Source: Pirellulales bacterium
Lineage (GTDB): Bacteria > Planctomycetota > Planctomycetia > Pirellulales > PALSA-1355
DNA: 64,000 nt
Reading direction: 5' to 3'
Assembly (NCBI GenBank): GCA_963733035.1
Contig: CAVTBU010000006.1
Span: 736,001-800,000, forward strand
Below the pieces are notes generated by a model. It saw only the letters and a program-made list of their open reading frames with translations, made no database searches and was not told the DNA's origin. The position numbers were made by a program, and so were the translations under genes. Below are positions 37,656 through 47,803 of the stretch, piece by piece. Numbering within the stretch: position 1 is the first letter of the stretch; the number at the start of each line of letters is the position of its first letter.

Positions 37656-39929
37656 CTACTTACCGCCGGAACCGCGCTGGGTGCGCAGCTTGGCATCGCG
37701 GAATAAAACGCCCACGCCGGTCAGGAACAACACAAAAATCAAAATGGCAAATGTGCCAACGGCGGGCCAGTTGCTGTCGACCCACCAGGCCGGCAATTTG
37801 GATGATAGATTAAGCTTTTCGAGCCATGTTTGCTTGAATGCCAGAAACCCGATCAGCACGCCCGCAATCGAGCCGCCGGCAATGTAGCCCGAACTAAGCA
37901 GCACGGCGGGGCTGCTGTCGGAGTCGTCCGGATGGCTGCTCAATTTGTCGGCCACCCAGCGCACCATGCCACCGATGAAGATTGGCATCGAGGTTTGAAT
38001 CGGCAGATAAACGCCCACGGCAAACGGCAGCGACGGCACGCCCGCCAATTCGAGCACGATGGCGATCAGCGCTCCGATGATCACGAGCTCCCAGGGCAAT
38101 TTGCCGTTAAGAATTCCATCGATGATCAGGGCCATTAGTCGCGTTTTGGGGGCTTCGAGCTTGTTGGTCACCTCGGTCCCGTCGTCGCGGTGGCTGACGC
38201 GTCCGTTGATCGCCGGATCGACCAAATAGGCCAGCTGCCCCCGGTCGTCGACCAAGTACTTTCCGGCGGGAATTCCGGGGTATTCCCCTTCGGCGGCGTG
38301 CAGGACGTGATACTGGGTGTCATCTTTGCCGGCATAGTCGCCACCGGGCGATTCCGTTTCGGTCAGCCGGTCAACGTCGGTAATGCGCACCCGCGGCACA
38401 TATTCGGGGCGCTTGGTGTAAACCGTTCCCGACGCATTGAGCAATTGCAGTGTTAGTCCAATTACAAGGGCCGAAGTCAGCGCTCCGACGAGAATCGCGA
38501 TTTGCTGTAGCCACGGAGTGCCGCCGACGAGATAGCCGGTCTTAAGGTCTTGCGACGTCGTGCCGCCGTTGGACGCCGCGATACAAACGACGGCCGCGAT
38601 TGTCAGTGCCGTCAGCGTGGCCGCCTTGCCGGTATTACCCATCGCCACGAACGCCAGGCAGGTCAGCAGCAACGTGGCCACCGTCATTCCGGAGATCGGA
38701 TTCGACGACGAGCCGATTTCGCCGGTCAGGCGGGAGGAGACCGTCACGAATAGGAAGCCGAACAGCACGATCAGCGCCGCGCCCACCAGTCCGAAGGTGC
38801 TGAATCCCAGGCCAAGTTGTGGCAGGGCCGCCATCGCCAGGATGAGCACGATACTGCCAACCAACACGATCCACAGCGGCAGGTCGCGCTCGGTACGGGG
38901 CAGCTTCCACCGGGAACCCTTTTCTCCCTTGGTCGCGGCCAGATCTCCCAGCGCACCGCGAAGCGAGTGAAAGATCATCGGCATCACCTGGAACATGCTG
39001 ATGATGCCCCCGGTCGCCACGGCACCGGCCCCGATATAGAGGATGTAGTTGTTGCGAATCGCATGCACGTCCATGTCGCGAATTAACATGTCGGACGACG
39101 GCGCTACCGGCGTGGCAATGTTGTCGCCGAACATCTTGATGAGCGGTGCAATCACTAGGTACGCCAACACGCCGCCCGAAACCATGATCGACGCGATTCG
39201 CGGGCCGATGATATAGCCCACGCCCAACAACTCCGGCGCCAACTCGCCTCCGATCACGCCGCCGCGCAGGCCGGCGCCACTTTGCGTATAGAGGTTTTGG
39301 TCGACGTCGCGCTTCCAGAGGTGCAGGGCGTCCATCAGGAATTTGTGCACCGTCGCCAATCCGAAGCCAAAGAACACGGTCTTCGCCGAGGCGCCCCCTT
39401 CCTCGCCCACGATCAGCACGTCGGCGCAGGCCGTTCCCTCGGGATAGCGGAGGATACCGTGCTGTTGGACGATGAACGCCCGCCGCAGGGGAATCATCAT
39501 CAGGATGCCCAACAGGCCGCCCAGCGAGCCGACCGTCATCACACGGACGATTGTCATGTCGTGCCCCAGCAGCAGCAGGGCGGGAATCGTCACGCCCAGC
39601 CCAAAGGCAATCGATTCGCCGGCCGAACCGGTGGTCTGCACGATGTTATTTTCGAGAATCGTGGCTGGACGCAGGCGAAAGATTTTGGACGTAAGCCGAA
39701 ACAATGTGATCGACAGCACGGCTACCGGAATCGAAGCCGAAACGGTCATGCCGACCTTCAGCACCAGGTATAGCGACGAGGCGCCGAAAACGATGCCCAG
39801 GATCACGCCGGCAATGACAGCGCCCCAAGTGAACTCCGGCATCGTTACGTTGGCCGGAATGTACGATTGATGCGCGCCGCCCGAAGACGTGCTTGCCCCC
39901 CCCTTTTTTTCAGTGGTCGGAGCTGCCAT
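37656..39929 (-). CDS. OPT family oligopeptide transporter
   Basis: LKVGMTVSASIP, ENNIVQT, YPEGTACA, SSSNPISGM, SQDLKTG, LPFAVGVYLP. Confidence 0.92.
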   Translation of the reverse strand: MAAPTTEKKGGASTSSGGAHQSYIPANVTMPEFTWGAVIAGVILGIVFGASSLYLVLKVGMTVSASIPVAVLSITLFRLTSKIFRLRPATILENNIVQTTGSAGESIAFGLGVTIPALLLLGHDMTIVRVMTVGSLGGLLGILMMIPLRRAFIVQQHGILRYPEGTACADVLIVGEEGGASAKTVFFGFGLATVHKFLMDALHLWKRDVDQNLYTQSGAGLRGGVIGGELAPELLGVGYIIGPRIASIMVSGGVLAYLVIAPLIKMFGDNIATPVAPSSDMLIRDMDVHAIRNNYILYIGAGAVATGGIISMFQVMPMIFHSLRGALGDLAATKGEKGSRWKLPRTERDLPLWIVLVGSIVLILAMAALPQLGLGFSTFGLVGAALIVLFGFLFVTVSSRLTGEIGSSSNPISGMTVATLLLTCLAFVAMGNTGKAATLTALTIAAVVCIAASNGGTTSQDLKTGYLVGGTPWLQQIAILVGALTSALVIGLTLQLLNASGTVYTKRPEYVPRVRITDVDRLTETESPGGDYAGKDDTQYHVLHAAEGEYPGIPAGKYLVDDRGQLAYLVDPAINGRVSHRDDGTEVTNKLEAPKTRLMALIIDGILNGKLPWELVIIGALIAIVLELAGVPSLPFAVGVYLPIQTSMPIFIGGMVRWVADKLSSHPDDSDSSPAVLLSSGYIAGGSIAGVLIGFLAFKQTWLEKLNLSSKLPAWWVDSNWPAVGTFAILIFVLFLTGVGVLFRDAKLRTQRGSGGK

Positions 39930-40199
39930 GCCAAAACGTTTCTGCGGGTGAAGCGAACGGCCCTGGGTGGACGGGCCAGCGAGCGAGCCCACATTCTATC
40001 GAGCCTTGTCCAGCGCGACCATCGTATTTAAGGGCCACTCTTGGCGACATTTCCGGCGAGACACAAACCGTCGGCTCCCTTGCCAGCGGCGCACTCGACG
40101 ATATCCTCAGAGAGCCTTTGTACGGCGGACTGGCGCGAGGCGCTCTCGCCGCGTCCAAGGGCCTTCTGTTCAACTGCATCGTCACGAAAGGAACCGGGC

Positions 40200-40670
40200 G
40201 TGATTCGACCAACCGAGCCCTCCGATACGCAAACGCTGGTGGTCGTGGCCGCCGAGACCGGGGTGTTCAAGCCAATGGAGTTGCTGGCGCTGGAGGAGGT
40301 GCTGTGCGACTATTTTGCCACCAACAGGGCGCTGGGCCATTGCTCGGCAACCTTCGAGGTGGAAAGAAAGATCCTCGGCTTCGTCTACTTTGCGCCGGCT
40401 GCCATGACCGACCGCACGTGGTACCTCTACTGGATTGCGGTTAGCCCAGCGGCGCAAACGAAGGGAATCGGAGCGCAACTGATCGAGTACGTCGAGAATG
40501 CAATTCGCCAGCAGCGAGGTCGCCTACTGCTGGTGGAAACCAGTTCGCTCCCCCACTATGAACCCGCGCGAATGTTTTACGCCAAACACGGCTACCTGCA
40601 GGCGGCCGTAATTGCGGGATACTATGCCGCGGGGGACGACATGGTCGTCTTCAGCAAGTCGCTGGAGTGA
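40200..40670 (+). CDS. GNAT family N-acetyltransferase
   Basis: LYWIAVSPAAQTKGIG, VETSS, FYAKHGY; GTG start inferred. Confidence 0.85.
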   Translation: MIRPTEPSDTQTLVVVAAETGVFKPMELLALEEVLCDYFATNRALGHCSATFEVERKILGFVYFAPAAMTDRTWYLYWIAVSPAAQTKGIGAQLIEYVENAIRQQRGRLLLVETSSLPHYEPARMFYAKHGYLQAAVIAGYYAAGDDMVVFSKSLE

Positions 40671-40686
40671 CCGACGCCGCGGGCGG

Positions 40687-42039
40687 CTAATCGACGATCT
40701 TTAGATTCGGCAGCACGTCCCGCAGCTTTTGCTGACCCTCTTCGGTCGTTTGCGTGAAACTGAGCGTCAGTTCCTTGAGGTTCTTGAGGTCCTGCAGCTG
40801 CTGAAGCCCTTCATCCGTCACTTGCGTGTTCGCCAGATTCAAGTTTTCCAGGTTGGTAAGGTTCTTCAGGTTCTTGACGCCCTCGTCGGTCGTACGCGTG
40901 CCGTCGAGGTTCAGGTACTTCAAATTGACCAGGTCCTTCAGATACGGCAGTCCGGCGTCGCTGACGTCGGTGTTCCAAAGATCAAGCTGTTCGAGCGACG
41001 TGAGGCCCTGAATGTGCTCGAGGCCTTCGTCGCCGGCGACCGTTTCCGCCAGGTCGAGCACTTTCAGCTTCGGCATCTCCTTCAGATAGACCAGCCCGGT
41101 ACCGTCGATTCCCGCTGCCCGCAGTTCAAGTCGCTTCATTTCGTGGAGGTCCTTCAGATGCACAAGGCCTTCGTCGGTGATGTTCGTGCGCATCAGGTAG
41201 AGCTCGTCGAGCTTGGGCATGCCTTCGAGGTTGACCAGGCCGGCGTCGCTGACTTGCGCGGCGTCTTCAAAGCCGATGCCCCGCATCTTGTTCAGGCCCT
41301 TGAGCGCTTCCAACCCGGCATCGGTCACGTTGGGGCTGCGGAGCTTAAGCCGCTCGAGATTCTTCAGATTCGCCAGATGTTCGAGCCCCACGTCGGTGAC
41401 CAGGACGCAACCTCGCAGATCGAGCACGCGCAGTTTCGGTAACTTGGCAACATGCTCCATGCCTGGATCGCCAAAGTTGTTGTATAGCAGAATCAACACT
41501 TCCAGGTTCGGCAGCTTCGTCAGGTGTTCGAGCGAGGCATCGGTAAGGTACGACGAGCGCCGCAGATTGAGGGCTTTAAGCGTCGGCAGTTCGGCCAACT
41601 TGGCCAACCCGTCGTCGGTGATCTCCGTGTTTTCGAGCGAAAGTTCGTGTAGCTTCAGGCCCTTCAGCTTGTCGAGCGTGTCGTTGTTGATTTCCGCGCC
41701 CCACAGGTCAAGCTGTTGGAGCTTGGGAAGCTTTGCTAATTCCGCGAAGTCGAAACTTTTGACCTGTGGCGTGTTGAATTCGACCGCGGTGATCCAGTCG
41801 CCAGGACGGGTTATCTTGCCGCCGGCCTTTTCGATCGCCGCCACGGCCTGTGGATCGTCGGAAGGCGTCGCGGGCTCAGCCGACGCCTCGTTGGCCGCCT
41901 CTTCGGTTTCGCTGGCGGCCGACTTCTCAGCCGGGGCGCTCGCTGCTTCAGTCGAAGATTCCTGCTTCGCACAGCCGCCCCCCAAGCAGAGCGACAGCAA
42001 CAGGGCCAACAGCGAAAACGGCAATCCGCGGTAAATCAT
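40687..42039 (-). CDS. Leucine-rich-repeat lipoprotein
   Basis: Lipobox LGGGC; Ala/Glu/Ser-rich tether; about 14 repeats of LxxLxLxxTxVTDxGLxxL. Confidence 0.88.
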   Translation of the reverse strand: MIYRGLPFSLLALLLSLCLGGGCAKQESSTEAASAPAEKSAASETEEAANEASAEPATPSDDPQAVAAIEKAGGKITRPGDWITAVEFNTPQVKSFDFAELAKLPKLQQLDLWGAEINNDTLDKLKGLKLHELSLENTEITDDGLAKLAELPTLKALNLRRSSYLTDASLEHLTKLPNLEVLILLYNNFGDPGMEHVAKLPKLRVLDLRGCVLVTDVGLEHLANLKNLERLKLRSPNVTDAGLEALKGLNKMRGIGFEDAAQVSDAGLVNLEGMPKLDELYLMRTNITDEGLVHLKDLHEMKRLELRAAGIDGTGLVYLKEMPKLKVLDLAETVAGDEGLEHIQGLTSLEQLDLWNTDVSDAGLPYLKDLVNLKYLNLDGTRTTDEGVKNLKNLTNLENLNLANTQVTDEGLQQLQDLKNLKELTLSFTQTTEEGQQKLRDVLPNLKIVD

Positions 42040-42139
42040 CGAAAGCTTCCTTCTCGGCAAAAATCGGGGGGTTGGGCGGGCCGCCGGCCAGCTCTTGGGC
42101 CAACTTCCACTTGCCAGCGGCTTTGGTGCAGACCCGCTC

Positions 42140-42186
42140 AAATAAGAACGGCTGCGAAGGGCCCGCTTTCAGGCCCCTCGCAGCCG
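42140..42186 (-). terminator. Intrinsic terminator after the Gfo/Idh/MocA gene
   Basis: cggctgcga-ggg-cc stem / ggcccctcgcagccg, followed on the minus strand by ttcttattt. Confidence 0.6.
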
Positions 42187-42207
42187 GATCATCTTAACGC
42201 GCGACGC

Positions 42208-43534
42208 TTAGAGCTTGTAGCCCTCGCTGTACGTCGGCTTGACCACCACTTCCACTTCGGGAGCGTTGGTCGGCTTCAGGTTTGCCGCGTCCCATTCGAT
42301 CCGCTTGCCGGGCGTTTCCGGTTCGGCGGCGGCCCACACGGCTAGGTTGCCGAGTAGAATCGTCTCGGTCAGAGGTGCGGCGTAGTTGGCAAAGTTGCTG
42401 CGGGCCGCCGGGCCACCCTTGATCGCGCGGGCGTACTCTTGGAAGTGGCCGGGCGATGCCTCGTACTCGACCTTGCCGGGGTCGGTTGCGCCACCCAGCA
42501 GCTTGTAACCCTTTTCGCAATAATCGCCGGGGGCAAACAACTTGCCTTTGTCGCCGATCAACAGCACGCCGGTTTCGCTCACCTGCTCGCCGTCGAACAG
42601 ATCGGGCGAGGGCTTCTGGCCGCCGTCGTACCAGACCATCTTGCAGGCCGCACGCTCGTCGGTCTTGGGGAATTCGTACGTGATGATCGACCACTTCGGA
42701 TAGCTGTCGTGGTTGTGTCCCGACGTCGTGGCCTGCACGGCATCCGGATCGCGCAAATCAAGCGCCATGAACGGCATGTTCACCGTGTGGCATGCCATGT
42801 CGCCCAGCGCCGGAACCGAAGTCCCACCATCCGCGCCAAGCGAACGGATGATAACCGGGGGCATAGGGTCGCGGGGGCGCACAGCCCAGCCACAGATCCC
42901 AGTGCACGTTCGACGGCACCGGAGCCTCGGGCGGGCGACCACCACCCTGCGGCCAGATCGGGCGATTCGTCCAGACGTGAACGTCCTTCACGTTGCCAAT
43001 CGCGCCCGACTGAATGACGGCCGACGTCTTGCGGAGCGAGTTGGCGGCCGTACCCTGGTTGCCCATCTGCGTGGCCACTTGCATTTCGGCGGCAATCTTG
43101 CCCAGTTCGCGGGCTTCCCAGATGGTGCGCGTGAGCGGCTTCTGCGTGAAGCAGGCCTTGCCCATCCGCATGGCCAGTGCGGACGCGGGGGCATGCATAT
43201 GGTCGGGCGTGCTCACCGTCACTGCGTCGATGTTCTTGCCCATCTCGTCGAGCATTTTGCGAAAGTCGTTATAGCGGGCAGCCTTGGTGAAGAACCGGCT
43301 GCCGGCCTTTTCGAGCGTGTTGTCGTCGATGTCGCAGATGGCCACGATGTCGCCATGTTCGGCTGCGTCGCGCGAATCGCTGCCGCCCTTGCCGCCGACA
43401 CCAATACAAGCAAAGCGAATGCGTTCGTTGGGCGATTTGCTGTCCTCGGCCGCGGCCTTGCCGGCCACGAACACACCGACGCCGGTCAGCGCCGTGCTCT
43501 TCAAAAATCGACGGCGATCTGTCAAATACGACAT
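42208..43534 (-). CDS. Tat-exported Gfo/Idh/MocA oxidoreductase; apparent frameshift at ~42808
   Basis: DRRRFLK Tat motif; [35 protein letters not shown] joins LGDMACH in the next frame. Confidence 0.9.
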
Positions 43535-43856
43535 GGCGATAACACTCCTTGATATGGTTGGATTTAAGGCGAGATAATTACGGCGGGAAAACACGCTGCC
43601 CTTAGTCTAGACGATAATCTCTGGCGCCACGGCTCGCAATTAGCGGCACCGCAAACTTTTGGCCAATTTTACCTCGCCCAGCAGCTTCATGGGGCAGGCG
43701 GCCAGGAATGGGCGATTTTCGCTTGACCTCAACCGCCAGCCGGCAATTGCGGACGCTGCCCCGGGAAGTCATCATTGAGGCCATCAGCCACACGAAAATG
43801 CGGCTCACGCGCAGCCTCGAAATTCTCAATTTTCTCGATATGCAAAAGGGGGGTAA

Positions 43857-45017
43857 ATGCTCCGCCAACTGTGTGCCTGTGCCGCCGTGTGGACCATGGT
43901 CATGTGCCTCGCGTCAACCGCTGCCTGCCGGGCTGCGGAATCGGCCGGCTATCGCGCCTCGCTGTTCAATGGACGCAATCTCGATGGCTGGCAGGTCAGC
44001 GGCTGTGAGCCGAAGGTCGAAGCAGGTTTGCTCGTGCTGGGCGGTCCCGACGGCTGGCTGCGCACCGACGAAAAGCATGGCGACTTCGTGCTCGAACTCG
44101 ACTGGCGCAATCTCAAACCCAGCGAGTACGATTCCGGGATTTACATTCGCGCCGAGGAACCCGCGGCAGGCAAACCGTTTCCCGCCCGCTATCAGATAAA
44201 TCTCAAGCAAGGGGGCGAGGGCAACCTGATCGGATTCAAGAACGCCACGAGCAGCGGTTTAGTGAAGCCGGGCGAGTGGAATCATTTCAAGATCACCGTG
44301 ATCGGTGGCACGGCCGAGCTCGAGATTAACGGACAGCAGGCTTGGAAGGTTTCTGGCCTGGAAGCCGCCGACGGTTACATCGGCCTGCAATCGGAAGTAC
44401 CGCTTGGCGGACCGTTCGAGTTTCGCAATATCGAAGTAACCGACCTCGACTATCAGCCGCTGTTCAACGGCCACGATCTGGCCGGTTGGACTGGCGACAC
44501 CAACGGCTACGCGGTGGACGACGGCGCGATCGTCTGCCAGCCACGCGGCGGGCGGCTCTTCACGTCCGCCGAGTACTCTGACTTTTCGTTTCGCTTTGAT
44601 TTCAAAATGTCGGCCGACGGCAACAACGGGGTCGGCATCCGCACGCCCCTTACCGGCGACCCGGCCTATGTCGGCATGGAAATCCAGGTGCTCGACGATC
44701 ATTCGGCGAAGTATGAAAAATCCATCAAGCCGTGGCAGGCCCACGGATCGATCTACGGCATCGTGGCGGCCAAACGGGGCTTTCAAAAGCCGCTCGGCCA
44801 GTGGAACCACGAAGAGATCATCGCCAAGGGGCGCCACGTGACCGTGATTCTCAATGGTCACACGATTGTCGATGCCGACATTGACCAAGCGACCTCTGAC
44901 GGAACGCTCGACGGCAAGGATCACCCCGGCCTCAAGCGCGACAGCGGCCACATCGGCTTCTTGGGGCACGGCGCCCGAATCGAATTCGACAACATCCGCA
45001 TCAAGGAATTGAAATAG
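43857..45017 (+). CDS. Exported tandem DUF1080 (3-keto-disaccharide hydrolase-like) protein
   Basis: Two repeats of LFNGxxLxGW...SG/NG...WN...GxIGL/F; signal peptide. Confidence 0.9.
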   Translation: MLRQLCACAAVWTMVMCLASTAACRAAESAGYRASLFNGRNLDGWQVSGCEPKVEAGLLVLGGPDGWLRTDEKHGDFVLELDWRNLKPSEYDSGIYIRAEEPAAGKPFPARYQINLKQGGEGNLIGFKNATSSGLVKPGEWNHFKITVIGGTAELEINGQQAWKVSGLEAADGYIGLQSEVPLGGPFEFRNIEVTDLDYQPLFNGHDLAGWTGDTNGYAVDDGAIVCQPRGGRLFTSAEYSDFSFRFDFKMSADGNNGVGIRTPLTGDPAYVGMEIQVLDDHSAKYEKSIKPWQAHGSIYGIVAAKRGFQKPLGQWNHEEIIAKGRHVTVILNGHTIVDADIDQATSDGTLDGKDHPGLKRDSGHIGFLGHGARIEFDNIRIKELK

Positions 45018-45063
45018 TTTGCAGGTTCCTCGGGCAGACGCCCGAGCTGTGCCACCAAACGCG

Positions 45064-45104
45064 AAAGGTGCCGGGAACCCATTAGGATCCCTGGCACCTT
45101 TTTT
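45064..45104. terminator. Bidirectional intrinsic terminator between DUF1080 and csrA
   Basis: aaaggtgccggga...tccctggcacctttttt. Confidence 0.75.
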
Positions 45105-45126
45105 GTTCGGATATCAGCCCGTTCCG

Positions 45127-45321
45127 TTAGCGGGCGGCTGCCTCGGGTTCGGCGTCGCTCCAGGCGGCGATCCGGCGGAAGACTTCCTCGCGATGAATCG
45201 GCACGTTCGCAGGTCCGCTGAAACCCAGCTTGACGCGGTCACCGCGAATGTCGATCACGGTGACTTCAATGTCCTCGCCTATCACGACTCGTTCGTTCTT
45301 CTTTCGACTAAGCACAAGCAT
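45127..45321 (-). CDS. csrA: Carbon storage regulator
   Basis: MLVLSRKKNERVVIGEDIEVTV...VKLG...PIHREEV. Confidence 0.93.
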   Translation of the reverse strand: MLVLSRKKNERVVIGEDIEVTVIDIRGDRVKLGFSGPANVPIHREEVFRRIAAWSDAEPEAAAR

Positions 45322-45926
45322 CCTTCTGACTCCCTTCGTACTTTCGGTTTCTTACCCCGGATAGTGTTCGCCCGTTTGTTCGCTTTGGATTACGGTTCGC
45401 CGGTCGGTCGGGTTCGCCGGCTTACGTTGACTTTTTCCGCGTCGCATTCGCTAGTATCGATAGCACGTGGCCCAGTGCGTTTGTCACGTCTCGCCTGGAC
45501 ACCGAGGTATCGCTGGTGGTTCGCGAGCAGCGGTTCTGGTGCTGGTCGCGATTGGACGCTTGCTCGTGGTGTCGATGGCGATCGACCACGTGCGTCCAGC
45601 ATTCGGGCTATCGTCTCGCCCCGTGGGGCGTGGCGTGGCGGGAGGTCAACTCGTGAGGTCAAACTGGGCTCGCTGGAGGTCACGCTCGGGGACGCGTGGC
45701 GAGGTGCCAGTTCTGTAGCAACTCTCGGGCTGGCGAACTAATGGGTTGACCGTGAAAAGCAACCTAACTTCCCCGGCAAATGCGAGTCAATGTCAGTTTG
45801 TCGCGATTTTTTCGTGCTGGCTGACAGCGTCGCCTGTGCAACGCTGGGCTTTTCACGGGCTGGTCGGTCCGATTCAATGCAAGCACGCGGCAGCGCGTCA
45901 AATTCGCCGTCCTCTTGGTCAAACCC

Positions 45927-46310
45927 ATGCCCCGTTATGTTCGCCAGCCTGAGTCCTGGGTGCACAAGTTCCGGGTTGCCACGCGCGGCGTCGTGCGTGC
46001 CTTCATCAGCCAGCGCAGCTTTTGGATACATCTACCTGTGGCAGCGGCCGTGTTGATCGGGGCAGCACTGCACGGCGTGACCCGCATGGAGTGGGCCATT
46101 TTGATCATCTGCATCACGATCGTGCTTGCCGCCGAAATGTTCAACACGGCACTCGAACACCTGGCTCGCGTCGTCACCGACGAAGAGAACGAAGACGTCC
46201 GCCAGGCCCTGGATATCGCCAGCGGCGCGGTATTGGTGACGGCCATCGGCGCGTTGGCAGTGGGGAGCATGATTTTGCTCACGCGACTGTGGGCCGACGT
46301 GATGAGGTAA
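45927..46310 (+). CDS. dgkA: Diacylglycerol / undecaprenol kinase (DgkA family)
   Basis: Three TM segments; AEMFNTALE, DIASGAVL. Confidence 0.85.
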   Translation: MPRYVRQPESWVHKFRVATRGVVRAFISQRSFWIHLPVAAAVLIGAALHGVTRMEWAILIICITIVLAAEMFNTALEHLARVVTDEENEDVRQALDIASGAVLVTAIGALAVGSMILLTRLWADVMR

Positions 46311-46394
46311 TCGGTCGCGGCGCCGGTGGCAGCCCGATTTCAATCGCGGCAGATTTCGTTTTTATGCCGCACGCGCAGGCATCAACTCGTGCGC

Positions 46395-46528
46395 GGCCAA
46401 CGGCCTCGGTCTGCAACAGTCAGGGGCACCGCCCCTGGATTCGAGGACGCATCCACAACTCGTTTGTCACTAGGGCTGAAGGGTTCCAGGGGCGGTGCCC
46501 CTGGCTGTCACAGGTTGGGCCGTTGGCC
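46395..46528. repeat. REP-like nested palindromic element between convergent genes
   Basis: Left arm ggccaacggcc...acagtcaggggcaccgcccctgga is the near-perfect reverse complement of right arm tccaggggcggtgcccctggctgt...ggccgttggcc; each arm has its own internal hairpins. Confidence 0.75.
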
Positions 46529-46552
46529 CAGCAACGCGTTCGGTTGCTCTTA

Positions 46553-47803
46553 TTACTCGAGTGCGGCGTTCAGTTCAATCTTGGGCGCGACCTGTTGAAG
46601 CCAATTTGGCAGACCTACATATGCGTCCGGATCAGCATCATACGCAACTTGCTCCTCTAATGGCTCGCCGATCACATTGAGTGTGATCTTAGCCATCGTG
46701 TTGGCAGTCAGATCGACGTCGAGCTTAACCGACTTCGAAAGGTGCGATTGCGTGCCGCCGAAGACGTTGCCGCTGGGAAAATCGATTCCGAGTTGAACTT
46801 CGTACTTCCGTGGCGGCAGCCACCAGGAATGGGGCAGCTTCGCGGGAGGGAGGCTTGCTCCGGCGGCATCGCTCGTCGCCGGCGGTAGGGGCAACGGCCA
46901 GCCATCTCGTGGCGGGCTATCGCTGGGCGAAAGCGGGCCATGTAGATAGCCGTAGATGTCGTCACTGCGGATTGCCAACCATACCAGGACTTTCACTTGT
47001 GCAAGACCAATCCGGACCTCGTCAGGGATATCCTTCACTTCAAGCGTCAATCGCGCGGGGGCAAGCAAATTGAGGTCGACCGTCGATTTGCCCAGACCGG
47101 TAAAGAGATAGAGGGGCTGACTTTGCAGTCGGCTAAAGAGCAAGTCATTCGCGTCGGACTTGCCTTCGGGATCCAACAGCGGCGCCAACAGGCAATACGC
47201 ACCGGACGGCAGGGTGCCGCTGTCAAAACGTCCCTGGGCATCGGTGCGAAAGCGGCGCGTCACGACGCCGGATGCTGTTACGGCTCCCCTTGAAACTGTC
47301 GCGGGTTCCTCGGAAAAACGATAGACCTGAATCTCGACGTCTTTCGCCGGACGCGAGGGATCGCCCAGGTAGGCGATGCCCGATACGTCGGGCGGTCGCT
47401 GTTGGGCGAGCATGGCCTCCTGGGTGGCGGTGAGTGTCTCCAGTTTCGCGGAGAGTTCCTCGGTACGTACGGAGAGATTGTGTTGCATCTGCCAACCGCC
47501 GAATCCCACCACGGCCACGCCGATCGTCAACAAAGCAAGAAGTGCGATGCCCACGGTGCGATACATGACTTCCTCCCCGTTGTGAATCCACCAAACTTGC
47601 CGCTTGATGCGCGCGACGTTGCCAAAACGCTGCTGAGCCAGTTGTGCCGCCTGCTCCTCACTCTGACCGCGACGCACCTGGTCGCTGGCCGCGGATGCGA
47701 GGTGATCGGCGATCTCGGCCGCGAGCTGTTCGTCGAGTGATTCTTCAGGTGACGCGGCGGTTTTGCGCTCCCGACCTGGGTCACCCGCAAACGACTGCGA
47801 CAT
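46553..47803 (-). CDS. PadR-associated single-pass membrane protein (permease-prefix-like N-terminus, extracytoplasmic beta domain)
   Basis: EIADHL...RRGQSEEQAAQLAQQRFG; one TM; coiled coil; FRTDAQGRF...LPSGAY carboxypeptidase-regulatory-like segment; overlaps the PadR gene end. Confidence 0.7.
   Translation of the reverse strand: MSQSFAGDPGRERKTAASPEESLDEQLAAEIADHLASAASDQVRRGQSEEQAAQLAQQRFGNVARIKRQVWWIHNGEEVMYRTVGIALLALLTIGVAVVGFGGWQMQHNLSVRTEELSAKLETLTATQEAMLAQQRPPDVSGIAYLGDPSRPAKDVEIQVYRFSEEPATVSRGAVTASGVVTRRFRTDAQGRFDSGTLPSGAYCLLAPLLDPEGKSDANDLLFSRLQSQPLYLFTGLGKSTVDLNLLAPARLTLEVKDIPDEVRIGLAQVKVLVWLAIRSDDIYGYLHGPLSPSDSPPRDGWPLPLPPATSDAAGASLPPAKLPHSWWLPPRKYEVQLGIDFPSGNVFGGTQSHLSKSVKLDVDLTANTMAKITLNVIGEPLEEQVAYDADPDAYVGLPNWLQQVAPKIELNAALE

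Noticed and set aside
40687..41800. Periodic DNA similarity suggesting a tandem repeat or CRISPR-like array (also 53900-56800)
   Set aside because: The periodicity comes from LRR coding sequence; there are no identical repeats with unique spacers and no cas genes
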